A DNA stretch of 46,582 bases from Deltaproteobacteria bacterium TL4 (GTDB lineage: Bacteria; SAR324; NAC60-12), in assembly GCA_051382335.1 (NCBI GenBank), contig JBBCAX010000135.1, forward strand, positions 1 through 46,582, in the 5' to 3' direction. The translations under genes and the position numbers were made by a program. Shown here piece by piece: positions 1-9,196 of this stretch; the first letter of the stretch is position 1, and each line of letters begins with the position of its first letter. The notes below the pieces were generated by a model. That model did no database searches, was not told the DNA's origin, and was given only the letters and a program-made list of their open reading frames with translations.

Positions 1-135
1 TTCCAGAATTTCCAGAATGTGGATCTCCTCTTTCAAAAGCTCACTCAGAAAGCCTTCCAGAATGCTGAAATTCGCTTTGCTTCTTAAAAGGCGTTTCATG
101 GCCCAATCAAAAGTAATCAGCCTTCTTTTTGCCAT
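1..135 (-). CDS. 5' end (partial, runs off window) of Rpn/PD-(D/E)XK nuclease family protein, paralog of 14498..15508
   Basis: ATG at 135; reads MAKRRLITFDWAMKRLLRSKANFSILEGFLSELLK; near-identical to 15374..15508. Confidence 0.85.
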   Translation of the reverse strand, partial: MAKRRLITFDWAMKRLLRSKANFSILEGFLSELLKEEIHILEILE

Positions 136-353
136 CAGGTCTCCTCCAGGTTAAGGGATTGCTACTAAAGAATCTCAAACGCGTCAATGCTGTTATTCGC
201 TTAAGAATATCTCCTTTTCAGCCTGGGAGCAAGACGCATTTTGGAGTTCTGACAGGTCCTGCGAAACGATGCCTTGAGGTCTGAGAAAGAGGATGCGGTA
301 AGGGAGAACCTAAATACTCTGATCATCATAAAGTGCCTGTCCCCATCTCCCTT
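1..353. repeat. Direct repeat copy 1 (Rpn 5' end plus upstream region), matches 15374..15708
   Basis: High nucleotide identity by eye; this copy has an extra ~18 nt (tactctgatcatcataaa) near 314-331. Confidence 0.9.
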
Positions 354-360
354 CTACCTT

Positions 361-392
361 GGTGCGCTCGCTGCGCTTAAGCGGCACCCTCC
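361..392 (-). repeat. GTAG-family REP-like element (32 nt), isolated copy
   Basis: ggtgcgctcgctgcgcttaagcggcaccctcc; same unit as 16909, 16944, 17451 and the 24458-24670 array. Confidence 0.85.
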
Positions 393-398
393 TAATGC

Positions 399-608
399 CT
401 ATGGAACGGATTCTCCAAATACATCTCGAAAAAACTCGGTTTTATCCAGAGAGGCTTGCCAATGCTGATGCCTTTTTACGGACTCCATCCGGTTTTGGGC
501 CGACAAAGAGAGAAACCGTGTTGTCTCAATAGGTCCTAATTTTTGGATTAATAATTCAATAGCCTGCTGCATCAACGATTCTTCTGATAATAATCTGGCG
601 GGTTTCAT
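399..608 (-). CDS. Small protein, putative partner (antitoxin-like) of the adjacent PIN protein
   Basis: ATG at 608 overlaps the PIN stop (ATGA); ~69 aa MKPARLLSEESLMQQAIELLIQKLGPIETTRFL resembles small proteins found next to PIN domains. Confidence 0.55.
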   Translation of the reverse strand: MKPARLLSEESLMQQAIELLIQKLGPIETTRFLSLSAQNRMESVKRHQHWQASLDKTEFFRDVFGESVP

Positions 609-1111
609 TGTAACTCCTGACTCACACAAAATTCCAGGGGATTCATTGCCGGTATATGGATAGGCAATCGACGGCATTTCTTTATCAACTTATCATCACA
701 GCTTATAAAGACATCCGCCATTAATTCTGCATAGGCGATATGTGCGGCATCCGCACTACCCAATTTTTTTGAGAATAATTCTTCTGCTCGTGTTCTCCCT
801 AACCTGACATCACATACAGGTTGACTTCCATAGTTTTGCAGAAGTTGTATGACTTCAATTCGTTCCTGAGATTCCTTTATCTGTTCCAACTCCAGAAAGT
901 GAACAGTCGACGTCATCATGGAATAGTTTCCATGAACAATATGCTGAAGTATCAAATACCAAGCATCCGTTTCCATGAGGAAAGAATCTCCTCGCCCTTT
1001 ATCCTTGGCAAACTGCTCCAAGGGGAGGCTGTCCAACCCTTTCAAAAGACGGCTGAATTCAAGAGTGAGAATTTTTATTTTCATAGACTCAAAAATTATA
1101 CGTTCATGCAT
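605..1111 (-). CDS. PIN-domain (VapC-like) protein; N-terminus atypical, start uncertain
   Basis: C-terminal PIN motifs LGSADAAHIAYAE...DVFISCDDKL...NPLEF; canonical N-terminal D-containing strand not evident. Confidence 0.6.
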   Translation of the reverse strand: MHERIIFESMKIKILTLEFSRLLKGLDSLPLEQFAKDKGRGDSFLMETDAWYLILQHIVHGNYSMMTSTVHFLELEQIKESQERIEVIQLLQNYGSQPVCDVRLGRTRAEELFSKKLGSADAAHIAYAELMADVFISCDDKLIKKCRRLPIHIPAMNPLEFCVSQELQ

Positions 1112-1248
1112 AGCCGCGCCTGACTATGCATACAAATTTAATTCTCATTGCTTAATAAAGAACGAGGATTCCAAGGCCATTCATCGCCTCCAGAAACGAA
1201 AATGTTGAATTTTCCTCATTGGTATTTTCCTCAACCTGCCATGTTTCC

Positions 1249-2838
1249 CTAACGAAGGGGAACCCTAAAAAAAGGCTGAGCAGGCATGAGTCTTGACGTT
1301 TCTGCGGGATCTTGAAAAACGCTGCTGGTGGAGCGAGGATCGAGGATGAGCGGCACCAACCGTCCGGCGGGTTGGTTGAGATCAATCCATAAGTCTCCAG
1401 GGACAAGCGAGATTTTCATTGTTTCTTCTTCAATTGACACGTTAACTTCAGTTTTCATGATCCCCGAATGGGGAGGGGTTATTTCAAGCTTCTTAATACG
1501 TTGCCGGATCCCTTGTACCTCTTTGGGCTGCGAAAGCTGTTTAAATTGAATCTGGTGATGAGTCAGCAGTTCCGCAACGAATTGATGCTGTGCGGTCACA
1601 GCGTAGGCAAGCGGAATTTGAATTTTTTCTTCAGAAACAATACGCCCCTGATAATTGAAAACTTTATTGATGAGTTTCCCTGTCTCCGTGCTCCTGAGTG
1701 ATATCTCAATTTTCTGTTGTGCCGGATGAACCGCGTAATAGGAAACCAGGTTCACGGAGGAATCTTCTTTGGGAGATCTCCAATAATTTTTTGTTCTTTG
1801 GAGCTTTTCAAGGAGGTCCTTTCGAACGGAGCGAAGTTGTTCAAGAAAAGTAATGACACTGAGCCACTGTTTATCGGCACGAACTTTTATGTTACGCGGC
1901 GTGGGATAAACGCCAGGAGGATCCAAACGATTTTCGACCGTCATTGAAAAAGTCCCCCAAAACCCCGCATAATTTCTTAAATTGCGGAGTGAGAGCCCCC
2001 CATGTTTAATCGATTGATTGATATCCGTTATTTCGCCAAGATAGTGGCTGGCAGAAAGCCCACGATCCTTAGCGGCTTTGAGTAGAGCCGGTAAAAAAAC
2101 GTTTAACCCAAAATCACGAAGATCGGAATCAATATTCGGATGATTCGCAATCTCGAACTGTGTTTCAAAATCAGTCAGAAAGCCCTGCGCTCCAAGTGAT
2201 TTTTTTTTGAGCAGCGCGGATTCATGGACATCGAGTAGCACGTGGGGATCGAATTTTTTCAAAGTGGCAACCATTGCCTGGCTTTCCGGTTGAGACAACC
2301 GGACATAATCGGTACTCAGATTGATCTCCTTGGCATTGACCCGTTTTTTCAAATCAAAGCCATCAGGATTAGAAACCGGAATCACGATCAGATTCAGCTC
2401 ATTCAAATAAGCATGGGATTCATCCGCCAAAATTGTTCGCGCTATTCGCTGCAAGGCTTCGGCCCCTGAAGGTTCGGTTCCATGCTGAGACCCCGTTAAC
2501 ATGACCGATAACATGCCTTCCGCGGTTCGATGGTCTCTCAGAAACAAAGGATCTTTGGAAATCAGCAACGCCCTAAGGGGACGCTTACCCGCCGATTCGC
2601 CCAGAGATATTATTTGAGCATGCGCATATTTTTGAGCCAATTTCTGAAGAAAGTTTATCACTTGGCCAGTCTTCGGCATTTTCTGGTAGTTACTGGCTTC
2701 AAGGGGAGTTTGTAACGCATCCGCGGCCAGAGCTGACGGTACCGTCCTGACTATCAAGAAAAACAAAGCAAAAGCAAGCATCATTAAATTTCCGCGACGT
2801 GGGTTATGGGGGCCGAAACAACGATTTTTATCCATCAT
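1249..2838 (-). CDS. Secreted M14-family zinc carboxypeptidase
   Basis: GSQHGTEPSG (HxxE), NPDG, RVNA..INL and LLDVHE motifs; hydrophobic N-terminal signal-like segment. Confidence 0.8.
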   Translation of the reverse strand: MMDKNRCFGPHNPRRGNLMMLAFALFFLIVRTVPSALAADALQTPLEASNYQKMPKTGQVINFLQKLAQKYAHAQIISLGESAGKRPLRALLISKDPLFLRDHRTAEGMLSVMLTGSQHGTEPSGAEALQRIARTILADESHAYLNELNLIVIPVSNPDGFDLKKRVNAKEINLSTDYVRLSQPESQAMVATLKKFDPHVLLDVHESALLKKKSLGAQGFLTDFETQFEIANHPNIDSDLRDFGLNVFLPALLKAAKDRGLSASHYLGEITDINQSIKHGGLSLRNLRNYAGFWGTFSMTVENRLDPPGVYPTPRNIKVRADKQWLSVITFLEQLRSVRKDLLEKLQRTKNYWRSPKEDSSVNLVSYYAVHPAQQKIEISLRSTETGKLINKVFNYQGRIVSEEKIQIPLAYAVTAQHQFVAELLTHHQIQFKQLSQPKEVQGIRQRIKKLEITPPHSGIMKTEVNVSIEEETMKISLVPGDLWIDLNQPAGRLVPLILDPRSTSSVFQDPAETSRLMPAQPFFRVPLR

Positions 2839-3088
2839 GATGATCTATTCGAAAAAGGTTCAGGGTTCCAAGCATCAAGTCTCTTCCGTTAAAGCTTGTT
2901 GGCATTTTTTTGTGCAGCTTAGCGTTGGATCTGATGAAAGTCAAATTTTGAAAAGCAGAGAGACTCAATAGACATCATCCCCGAGAAAAAGACTTTCCAG
3001 CAGGCTTAATATGGGTTAAACTCAGTAAACAGGCATCGCCTTTGCAGACACTCTTTGAAGCAAAAGAGAAGGTAATCCACAAAACGTG

Positions 3089-3190
3089 TATAGATGTCCA
3101 GAAAAGTTTTGTCTCAGGGGAGAGGGCGTCCCGTCCTCCGGTGAGGGCAAGAGGCCCTCGCTCCCAGGACAAAACTTTCCTTGAGCACTA
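3089..3190. mobile_element. MITE family A (~100 nt, palindromic core gagggcgtcccg...ggcaagatgccctc), copy 1
   Basis: Nested inverted repeats agttttgtc...gacaaaact; near-identical to 9096, 13814, 17285, 26967. Confidence 0.85.
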
Positions 3191-3212
3191 GACCTATAAA
3201 CAAAAATGACTT

Positions 3213-4160
3213 ATGGAAGAAGAAAACTGGAAAGATCAATCGATAATCTTAGCTGAACTGCCGACTCAGCATTATAAATTGCTCGAAAAGCTTAGAGGAC
3301 TTCCTGTTGACCAACAGAAACACATAGAGACCATTATTGACGGGTTGGGTGCGGGAAAAAGTAAACAACAAAGAAAAGCAGCAAAAAATACCGTCATGAC
3401 CATTCTGAATATAACCCCTGGGGACTTGTCTTTTCTGAAGCAAATGAAGCAACTCCCTAAAGCAGAGCAGGAAGATTTACTTCAATTGGTTCAAGATCAA
3501 CTCAAACCCGATCTTGAAGTAGATACCTTGTCAACGTTGGCAACCTCACCTTTCTCAAAAGACTTACCCCAACCAGCGACGAATCCAGATCCGACGCCTT
3601 CAGCGGTTGAATCAAAGCCCCCTGAAAAAAAATTCCTTGCGGAATTGACTCCTGAAGAAATTGAAGCGCCCTCAACGTCTTCCTTGGTGGAGTTTGATAA
3701 CCTTGAGGTTATAAGTTCAGAAGAGCTCGTTGAAGTCGAACCTCCAGAATTATCCCAGAAAGACCCGCATTTGGATGAAAGCAAGTCCGATGAAGATGTC
3801 CTCCCGGATAATGATGCTAGCAGGCCTCAGGAAGCAGTACAGGAAGAAATAACCGTTGAAGAAAGTTTCCAAGAGCAGGAATCCGGGGTTGAGCTATCAG
3901 CTTCCAAAATTCGCATTTCTGTATTGGGAACAGGTTTAGTCATCAGTTCAGAACCCTTCATACCGAATCTGGATATAATTCTGGAAAAGCATTTGGGTTT
4001 TGCCTTCCGATCTGTTTTTGGATTACTGAAATCTGTCGATAAAAAAGCGGCGCTGAAGCTGGAAAAATCAAGCTTAGCCACTATTATTGAAAAGGGTATT
4101 CTTGATAAGGGCAGGCGATACCAGGTTGAATATGATGAAACTTCGTTAAAAAAAATTTGA
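3213..4160 (+). CDS. Hypothetical protein with acidic low-complexity central region
   Basis: 315-aa ORF, E/D/P/S-rich middle; stop overlaps next gene. Confidence 0.7.
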   Translation: MEEENWKDQSIILAELPTQHYKLLEKLRGLPVDQQKHIETIIDGLGAGKSKQQRKAAKNTVMTILNITPGDLSFLKQMKQLPKAEQEDLLQLVQDQLKPDLEVDTLSTLATSPFSKDLPQPATNPDPTPSAVESKPPEKKFLAELTPEEIEAPSTSSLVEFDNLEVISSEELVEVEPPELSQKDPHLDESKSDEDVLPDNDASRPQEAVQEEITVEESFQEQESGVELSASKIRISVLGTGLVISSEPFIPNLDIILEKHLGFAFRSVFGLLKSVDKKAALKLEKSSLATIIEKGILDKGRRYQVEYDETSLKKI

Positions 4161-5029
4161 ATCCCTTAAGCGTCAAACCGACTCAGACTACGGTCATGTC
4201 TATGGAATTATGTTTTAACGGAACCTTCTATCCCGACGATCAAGCGGTGTTTTGTGGAAATGATCGCGGACTGCTCATGGGCGATGGTTTGTTTGAAACT
4301 TTAAGAATCTGCCAGCAAAGCCCGATCCAGACAGAGGAACATTGGTTGCGCTTTAGAAATTCAGCAGAGGTCTTGAAAATAGACCTCTGGTTTTCTTTCA
4401 AGACACTGAACGGTTGGATTCAGGAACTCCTTCGGAAGAATCAGATTCAGGAGGGATATCTACGATGGACACTGACCCGTGGAATACGCCAAATCGGAGG
4501 ACTGAACCTCAGTTCCCAGGGCAAAGCCAATCTTGTAGTGGAGGCACGGCCCATTTCCATTCAACCCTCCCAATGGAAACTCTCATTAGCGACGACCAGG
4601 CGTTCATCAACTTCAAAAATAACTTCGCACAAAACCTTGAACTATTTAGAAAATCTAATCAGCTTGGATGAGGCTCAACAACGCGGCTTCGATGAAGCCT
4701 TGTTTTGTGTTGAAAAGGAACAAGTTCAAGAAGGAACTCGAAGTAATGTATTTATGATCAAGAACGAGGAACTCTGGACTCCCCCCTTAGCACTTGCCGT
4801 CCTCCCCGGTATAACACGTCAAACCCTCCTTAACGCGTATCAACGTTCAGGAACTGTTCACGAAAAACCTTTTTCCTGGGAAGCCCTCCAAGGGGCGGAT
4901 GAAGTCTTCATGACAAACTCCTTGTGGGGAATTATTCCGGTCTCCTGCTTTGAAACACAGGCCTATCACGCTCACCCGGTGACCCACAAACTGATGGAGC
5001 AATATCAACTGAAGCTGCTGAAACCGTGA
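4157..5029 (+). CDS. Class IV PLP aminotransferase (PabC/IlvE/D-amino acid aminotransferase-like)
   Basis: DRGLLMGDGLFETLR, HKTLNYL, EGTRSNVF, LPGITR, ADEVFMTNS motifs. Confidence 0.85.
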   Translation: MNPLSVKPTQTTVMSMELCFNGTFYPDDQAVFCGNDRGLLMGDGLFETLRICQQSPIQTEEHWLRFRNSAEVLKIDLWFSFKTLNGWIQELLRKNQIQEGYLRWTLTRGIRQIGGLNLSSQGKANLVVEARPISIQPSQWKLSLATTRRSSTSKITSHKTLNYLENLISLDEAQQRGFDEALFCVEKEQVQEGTRSNVFMIKNEELWTPPLALAVLPGITRQTLLNAYQRSGTVHEKPFSWEALQGADEVFMTNSLWGIIPVSCFETQAYHAHPVTHKLMEQYQLKLLKP

Positions 5030-5036
5030 GTCAATT

Positions 5037-7700
5037 TTAGGGTTGCAGTTCAAGTGGGATGGTAAAACAAAAAGTAGTGCCTTTGCCAAGTTCACTTAAA
5101 AGTTCGATGGTCCCCCCCACCTTTGAAATCGCCTTCTGTACCGCGTCCAAGCCAACGCCTCGTCCTGAGACCTCGGTCACCGCTTTGGCCGTACTGAACC
5201 CTGATAAAAACAGGAGTTTCCATGGCTTATCTTCTGAGAGACAGGACTCAACCATTTTCTGATCCAAGGCAGGATGATTTTTTGCTTTCTGAATCAATTT
5301 CTGAAAATCAATACCTTGTCCATCGTCAGAAATTTCCAGGATCAAATTCTCTTTCTTTTCCTTTATATCCACAGTGATTCTTCCCCATTCCTCTTTGCCA
5401 GCTTCTAAACGCTGTGCCAAAGCTTCGATTCCATGATCGACACAGTTTCTCACAATATGAATCAAAACGGCTTCCAACTGCTGAAACAGTTCCTTGGAAA
5501 TGAGGACATTGTCTCCTGTGAGCTTGAACTTGACGTCTTTTTTCAACAGTTGTCCTAAACGTTTAATTTCTTGAGGCCACTGATGAACCAACCTTCTTGC
5601 GGGAACTTTTTCAATTTTGATAATAAAATTTTGAACCTCTGCCATGAGCCCTTTTTGAAGTAACGCCTTCAACTCCTTGAATTCGTCCTGGCTGAAAACA
5701 ACCCCCAGCAATCGTCGGCGTTGGTTTTCGTCAATATTGTCCATCATCGCCAGGGCAAAGTGATAGTGTTCCTCAAGTTTTCTCTTTTTCATTTGGAACT
5801 GTTTTGGGTCGAAACCGTCGGGGTGAGTTCTATTATTCAATTTTCGAAGTTCATCTTCTAAAAGATGGGTTGTAAGTTTAATGTCCTCTAATAAAAACAA
5901 ACCACTGATGCCCTTTAGAGTATGAAGTTCCCGCATCAATTCCACCGTCATTTCCTTCAAATTTCCGGGAGAAGTGATGGTACCGCAGGTTTGAACAAAA
6001 GTGTCCAGAGACACCAGTGTATCTCGAGCAAGTTGCAATAGTTGCAAGAAGGAATCGGGATCATCATATATTTTTTGGACGATAGCTTTTTCAATTTCAA
6101 GTGCTGTTCTTTCACGGACAAGTTCTTTTTCTTTCGTGATATCCTTGATGCCAATATCAACAGCGATCAGTTTTTGACTCGGATTTTTGCAGGGGTAATA
6201 GGAAAGGCCATATTCGTGCCGCAGTCCATTGTGAGCAAGCAGTGCCTCTTTCGGCAGAGCTTCTGCCAAATCCTCAAAATCCATGAAAGACTCTTCAAAT
6301 AAAACAGGGTAGATCTGACGCCATCCATTCTGAATTTCCGGATTTTCAGGAAAGAGCAGCAATTCTAAAGGTTTGCCTGTTAACGTTCGTGTTCCTAAAT
6401 ACTCAATACATTTGGTAGAATATTCGTTACTGATGCAACCTAACGGGTCCAATTTTGCCAGACCATACAGGGAATGCTGGTAAAGTTCGCTCAAGCGTAG
6501 GCTGGTTTCATTGAAGCGATTCGTCATATCTCGAAAGACATATTGCCACAATTTGGGTAAGCGGTTCACAACCTCCATAAAGGGCTTTCTCGCGATTTTC
6601 AAGATGAGACTGGAAACAGAAGTACGAACCGTTGCGGAAGCATTGGCTTCGCCTCGTAAACACGACATCTCTCCTATCGATTCACCTGTTTTTCTGTGAG
6701 CCACCAGCTCCTCATTGACCAGGATTTCAACTTCTCCGTTTTCTATAAAAAAGACACCTTCCGCTTCCTGATTTTGTATCAAAAGGAGGGTATCCGGAGC
6801 GACTTTCATTTCTTCCATTTTTTCAGTCATCGCAATTAAGTCGAACGCGTTGATTTCCTGAAACAAAGGAATTTTCTTCAAAAGTTGTACCCATTTATTG
6901 CGTTTATTAATGATTTCCGGATCACACTCCTGGTTCATTTTTATGAATTGCGAGAGATTGGCGCCATACGAACTGGTAATCCGAAGCAGCGTTTCTTTGA
7001 GCTCGTCATCAAGATAATTCTTCCCTGAAACAAACTTGAACAAAATATCTTCCAACGCGCTTTGAATTTCGACAGGTAAGGCATGCCATTGGGTCACGGT
7101 TTTTTGAAGTCTTTTTAATTCAGACTTCATTTCAGTATTAGCTGTTTCCAGGTTTTGTGTGTATTCTTTTAATTTTTCTTCCGCCAACTTCTGTTGAGTC
7201 ACATCAATAATAAAACTGTCAATTTGAAGAAGGGTTCCTTGGTTTGAATAAATCCCCCGTCCCCGTTCCATAACCCATTTAATTTGTCTATTGGCCAGTT
7301 TGATACGATAGATTTCCTGAAAGAGCTTTTTCTGCTCCAAAGCGTTTTGGATATTGTCAAAAACTCTCTGGTAATCATGAGGAAGTATCATTTGCTGATA
7401 GCTTCGTCGCGGCGATTCAGACAATTCGGCAACAGAGTACCCTGTTAAACTGTTGGCGCCTTCGCTAATAAAAATGGCAGTTTGTTCCGGATCATTTCGC
7501 CGACGATAAATCATTCCCGGCAAATTATTCATCAAGTTGAAAAGCATCTGTCGATTTTCTTCGTGTGCGATTTCAACCTGCTCCCGTACACAGACTTCTG
7601 CCTGAAGATTCCGGTTAATGCTTTGAAGCTCATGCTTCCTGTTTTCGAGTAAGGCTTCCAATGCTTTTATTTTTTCTTTCAATGAGAGTATTTCACTCAT
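5037..7700 (-). CDS. CheA-like histidine kinase: PAS/PAC, cNMP-binding, Hpt and HATPase domains; no CheW domain
   Basis: NNLPGMIYR/KWVMERG (PAS); GESIGEMS..ASATVR (cNMP); RELHTLKG (Hpt); HIVRNCVDHGIE, DDGQG, SGRGVGLD (CheA HATPase). Confidence 0.85.
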   Translation of the reverse strand: MSEILSLKEKIKALEALLENRKHELQSINRNLQAEVCVREQVEIAHEENRQMLFNLMNNLPGMIYRRRNDPEQTAIFISEGANSLTGYSVAELSESPRRSYQQMILPHDYQRVFDNIQNALEQKKLFQEIYRIKLANRQIKWVMERGRGIYSNQGTLLQIDSFIIDVTQQKLAEEKLKEYTQNLETANTEMKSELKRLQKTVTQWHALPVEIQSALEDILFKFVSGKNYLDDELKETLLRITSSYGANLSQFIKMNQECDPEIINKRNKWVQLLKKIPLFQEINAFDLIAMTEKMEEMKVAPDTLLLIQNQEAEGVFFIENGEVEILVNEELVAHRKTGESIGEMSCLRGEANASATVRTSVSSLILKIARKPFMEVVNRLPKLWQYVFRDMTNRFNETSLRLSELYQHSLYGLAKLDPLGCISNEYSTKCIEYLGTRTLTGKPLELLLFPENPEIQNGWRQIYPVLFEESFMDFEDLAEALPKEALLAHNGLRHEYGLSYYPCKNPSQKLIAVDIGIKDITKEKELVRERTALEIEKAIVQKIYDDPDSFLQLLQLARDTLVSLDTFVQTCGTITSPGNLKEMTVELMRELHTLKGISGLFLLEDIKLTTHLLEDELRKLNNRTHPDGFDPKQFQMKKRKLEEHYHFALAMMDNIDENQRRRLLGVVFSQDEFKELKALLQKGLMAEVQNFIIKIEKVPARRLVHQWPQEIKRLGQLLKKDVKFKLTGDNVLISKELFQQLEAVLIHIVRNCVDHGIEALAQRLEAGKEEWGRITVDIKEKKENLILEISDDGQGIDFQKLIQKAKNHPALDQKMVESCLSEDKPWKLLFLSGFSTAKAVTEVSGRGVGLDAVQKAISKVGGTIELLSELGKGTTFCFTIPLELQP

Positions 7701-7742
7701 TTTTCCTCATGAGATTTGAGCTTTAGCAATCAACCAAAGGCT

Positions 7743-9029
7743 TCACGACCCCACTTTACGTAAGGTAAGAACCCATGCTTGGATCTTGTTATGGTCCGAA
7801 TAAACCCCCCTGACATGATAAGAGATTAGCTCTTGAATTCCCTGTTGAGAGATCAGGAGGCAAGTGTTCCAGGAAGCGTTTTCGTTGTTTTCCTCCGCCA
7901 TTTTGAGCGGACTGGGCAAAAATTCGCCTGTGGTCTCAGAAATCAAAGTGAGCACCTCAAAAAGCTGTCGCCCTAACGCCTTCTCACGAATCCAGCCGGT
8001 AAGCGTTTCCGCGGCAGCATTCATCACTTGAATGTTTTTGTGTTCATCGGTGGTGATGAGGCCCTCTTCCATGGCTTGAAAGGTGGCTTGAAAATAAGAA
8101 TTTTCTTTTGTGAGCACTTCATTGCGATACTGAAGTCTCTTTTGATGCTGTTGTGACGTTTCTCGTAATTCCTCAAGCATCTGGTTCTTGGTTTCAAAAA
8201 GTTGAGCATGATGGGTGGTCAGGGTGAGTTTATCAGTTAATATCAACGCAAAAATCCGATACAAGATGTTTTGCAATTGTTCCGCGTCAATGTCCGTATA
8301 GCGACCAATATCTTTGGCGTGAAGGCTAAAAAGCTGTACCGGAGTTTCCGCAATCACAGTCGCGGCACAAGGTTTTGAGCTAATCACACTCATCTCTCCA
8401 ATAATATCGCCTTTTCGTCGAAGTTGTAAAATCAAGCCTCCTTTTGCATAAACCCCCACTTTGCCCTCCAGCAGGAAAAATACGCGTGAATTGGCTTGTC
8501 CTTCTTCCAAGAGGACGGAACCTTTGGCGAGACGAAAAATATTCGAAAGAGGAATGAGTCCTTTGATCAGATTTTCAGGCAGGTGTCCAAAAACACGGGA
8601 ATTTTTCAGGTGTTCCCAAATTTCTTGATTTTCTTTATAGATAAGCCTGGATTCAAATATTTTAGTGATTTTATCCACTAAAGTTATTTCATCAAATGTT
8701 TTTATCACGTAATTATTGATACCGGCTCTGACCGCATCCACGATCAGCTCAACGTTTTCATCGGCAGTTACCATCATCACGGGAAGCATTTTATGTTTAG
8801 GATGGTTTCGGATCCAGCGTGTCAACTCCAAACCTGACATTTTAGGCATATCCCAGTCAGCCATGACTAAATCAATTTTTTGCTGCTCCAACACCTCAAG
8901 CGCTTCTTCGCCATTGGAAGCCTCACAGAGCTGGGAAAATCCTCGATTTCGCAGCATTTTCCATACGACTTTCCGAGTCCCCGCATGATCGTCCACGAGC
9001 AAAATCCGCCTGTTTTTATATTCCGACAT
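7743..9029 (-). CDS. Response regulator: REC, cNMP-binding and PAS domains
   Basis: ILLVDD..MADWDMPKMSG..NYVIK (CheY-like); GDIIGEMS..CAATVIA (cNMP); EGLITTD..MNAAAETLTGW (PAS). Confidence 0.85.
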   Translation of the reverse strand: MSEYKNRRILLVDDHAGTRKVVWKMLRNRGFSQLCEASNGEEALEVLEQQKIDLVMADWDMPKMSGLELTRWIRNHPKHKMLPVMMVTADENVELIVDAVRAGINNYVIKTFDEITLVDKITKIFESRLIYKENQEIWEHLKNSRVFGHLPENLIKGLIPLSNIFRLAKGSVLLEEGQANSRVFFLLEGKVGVYAKGGLILQLRRKGDIIGEMSVISSKPCAATVIAETPVQLFSLHAKDIGRYTDIDAEQLQNILYRIFALILTDKLTLTTHHAQLFETKNQMLEELRETSQQHQKRLQYRNEVLTKENSYFQATFQAMEEGLITTDEHKNIQVMNAAAETLTGWIREKALGRQLFEVLTLISETTGEFLPSPLKMAEENNENASWNTCLLISQQGIQELISYHVRGVYSDHNKIQAWVLTLRKVGS

Positions 9030-9095
9030 CAGACTTCCTTGATATAATAGTGAGGGTTATCCAGTACTTTCCCTTTTTACAAGAGGGATTTTCTA

Positions 9096-9196
9096 TATAG
9101 ATGTCCAGAAAAGTTTTGTCTCGGGGGGAGGGCGTCCCGCCCTCCGGTGAGGGCAAGATGCCCTCGCTCCCAGGACAAAACTTTTCTTGAGCACTA
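9096..9196. mobile_element. MITE family A, copy 2; its terminus contains the TAG stop of the 7TMR-DISM gene
   Basis: Same arms and core as 3089..3190; cta at 9194-9196. Confidence 0.85.
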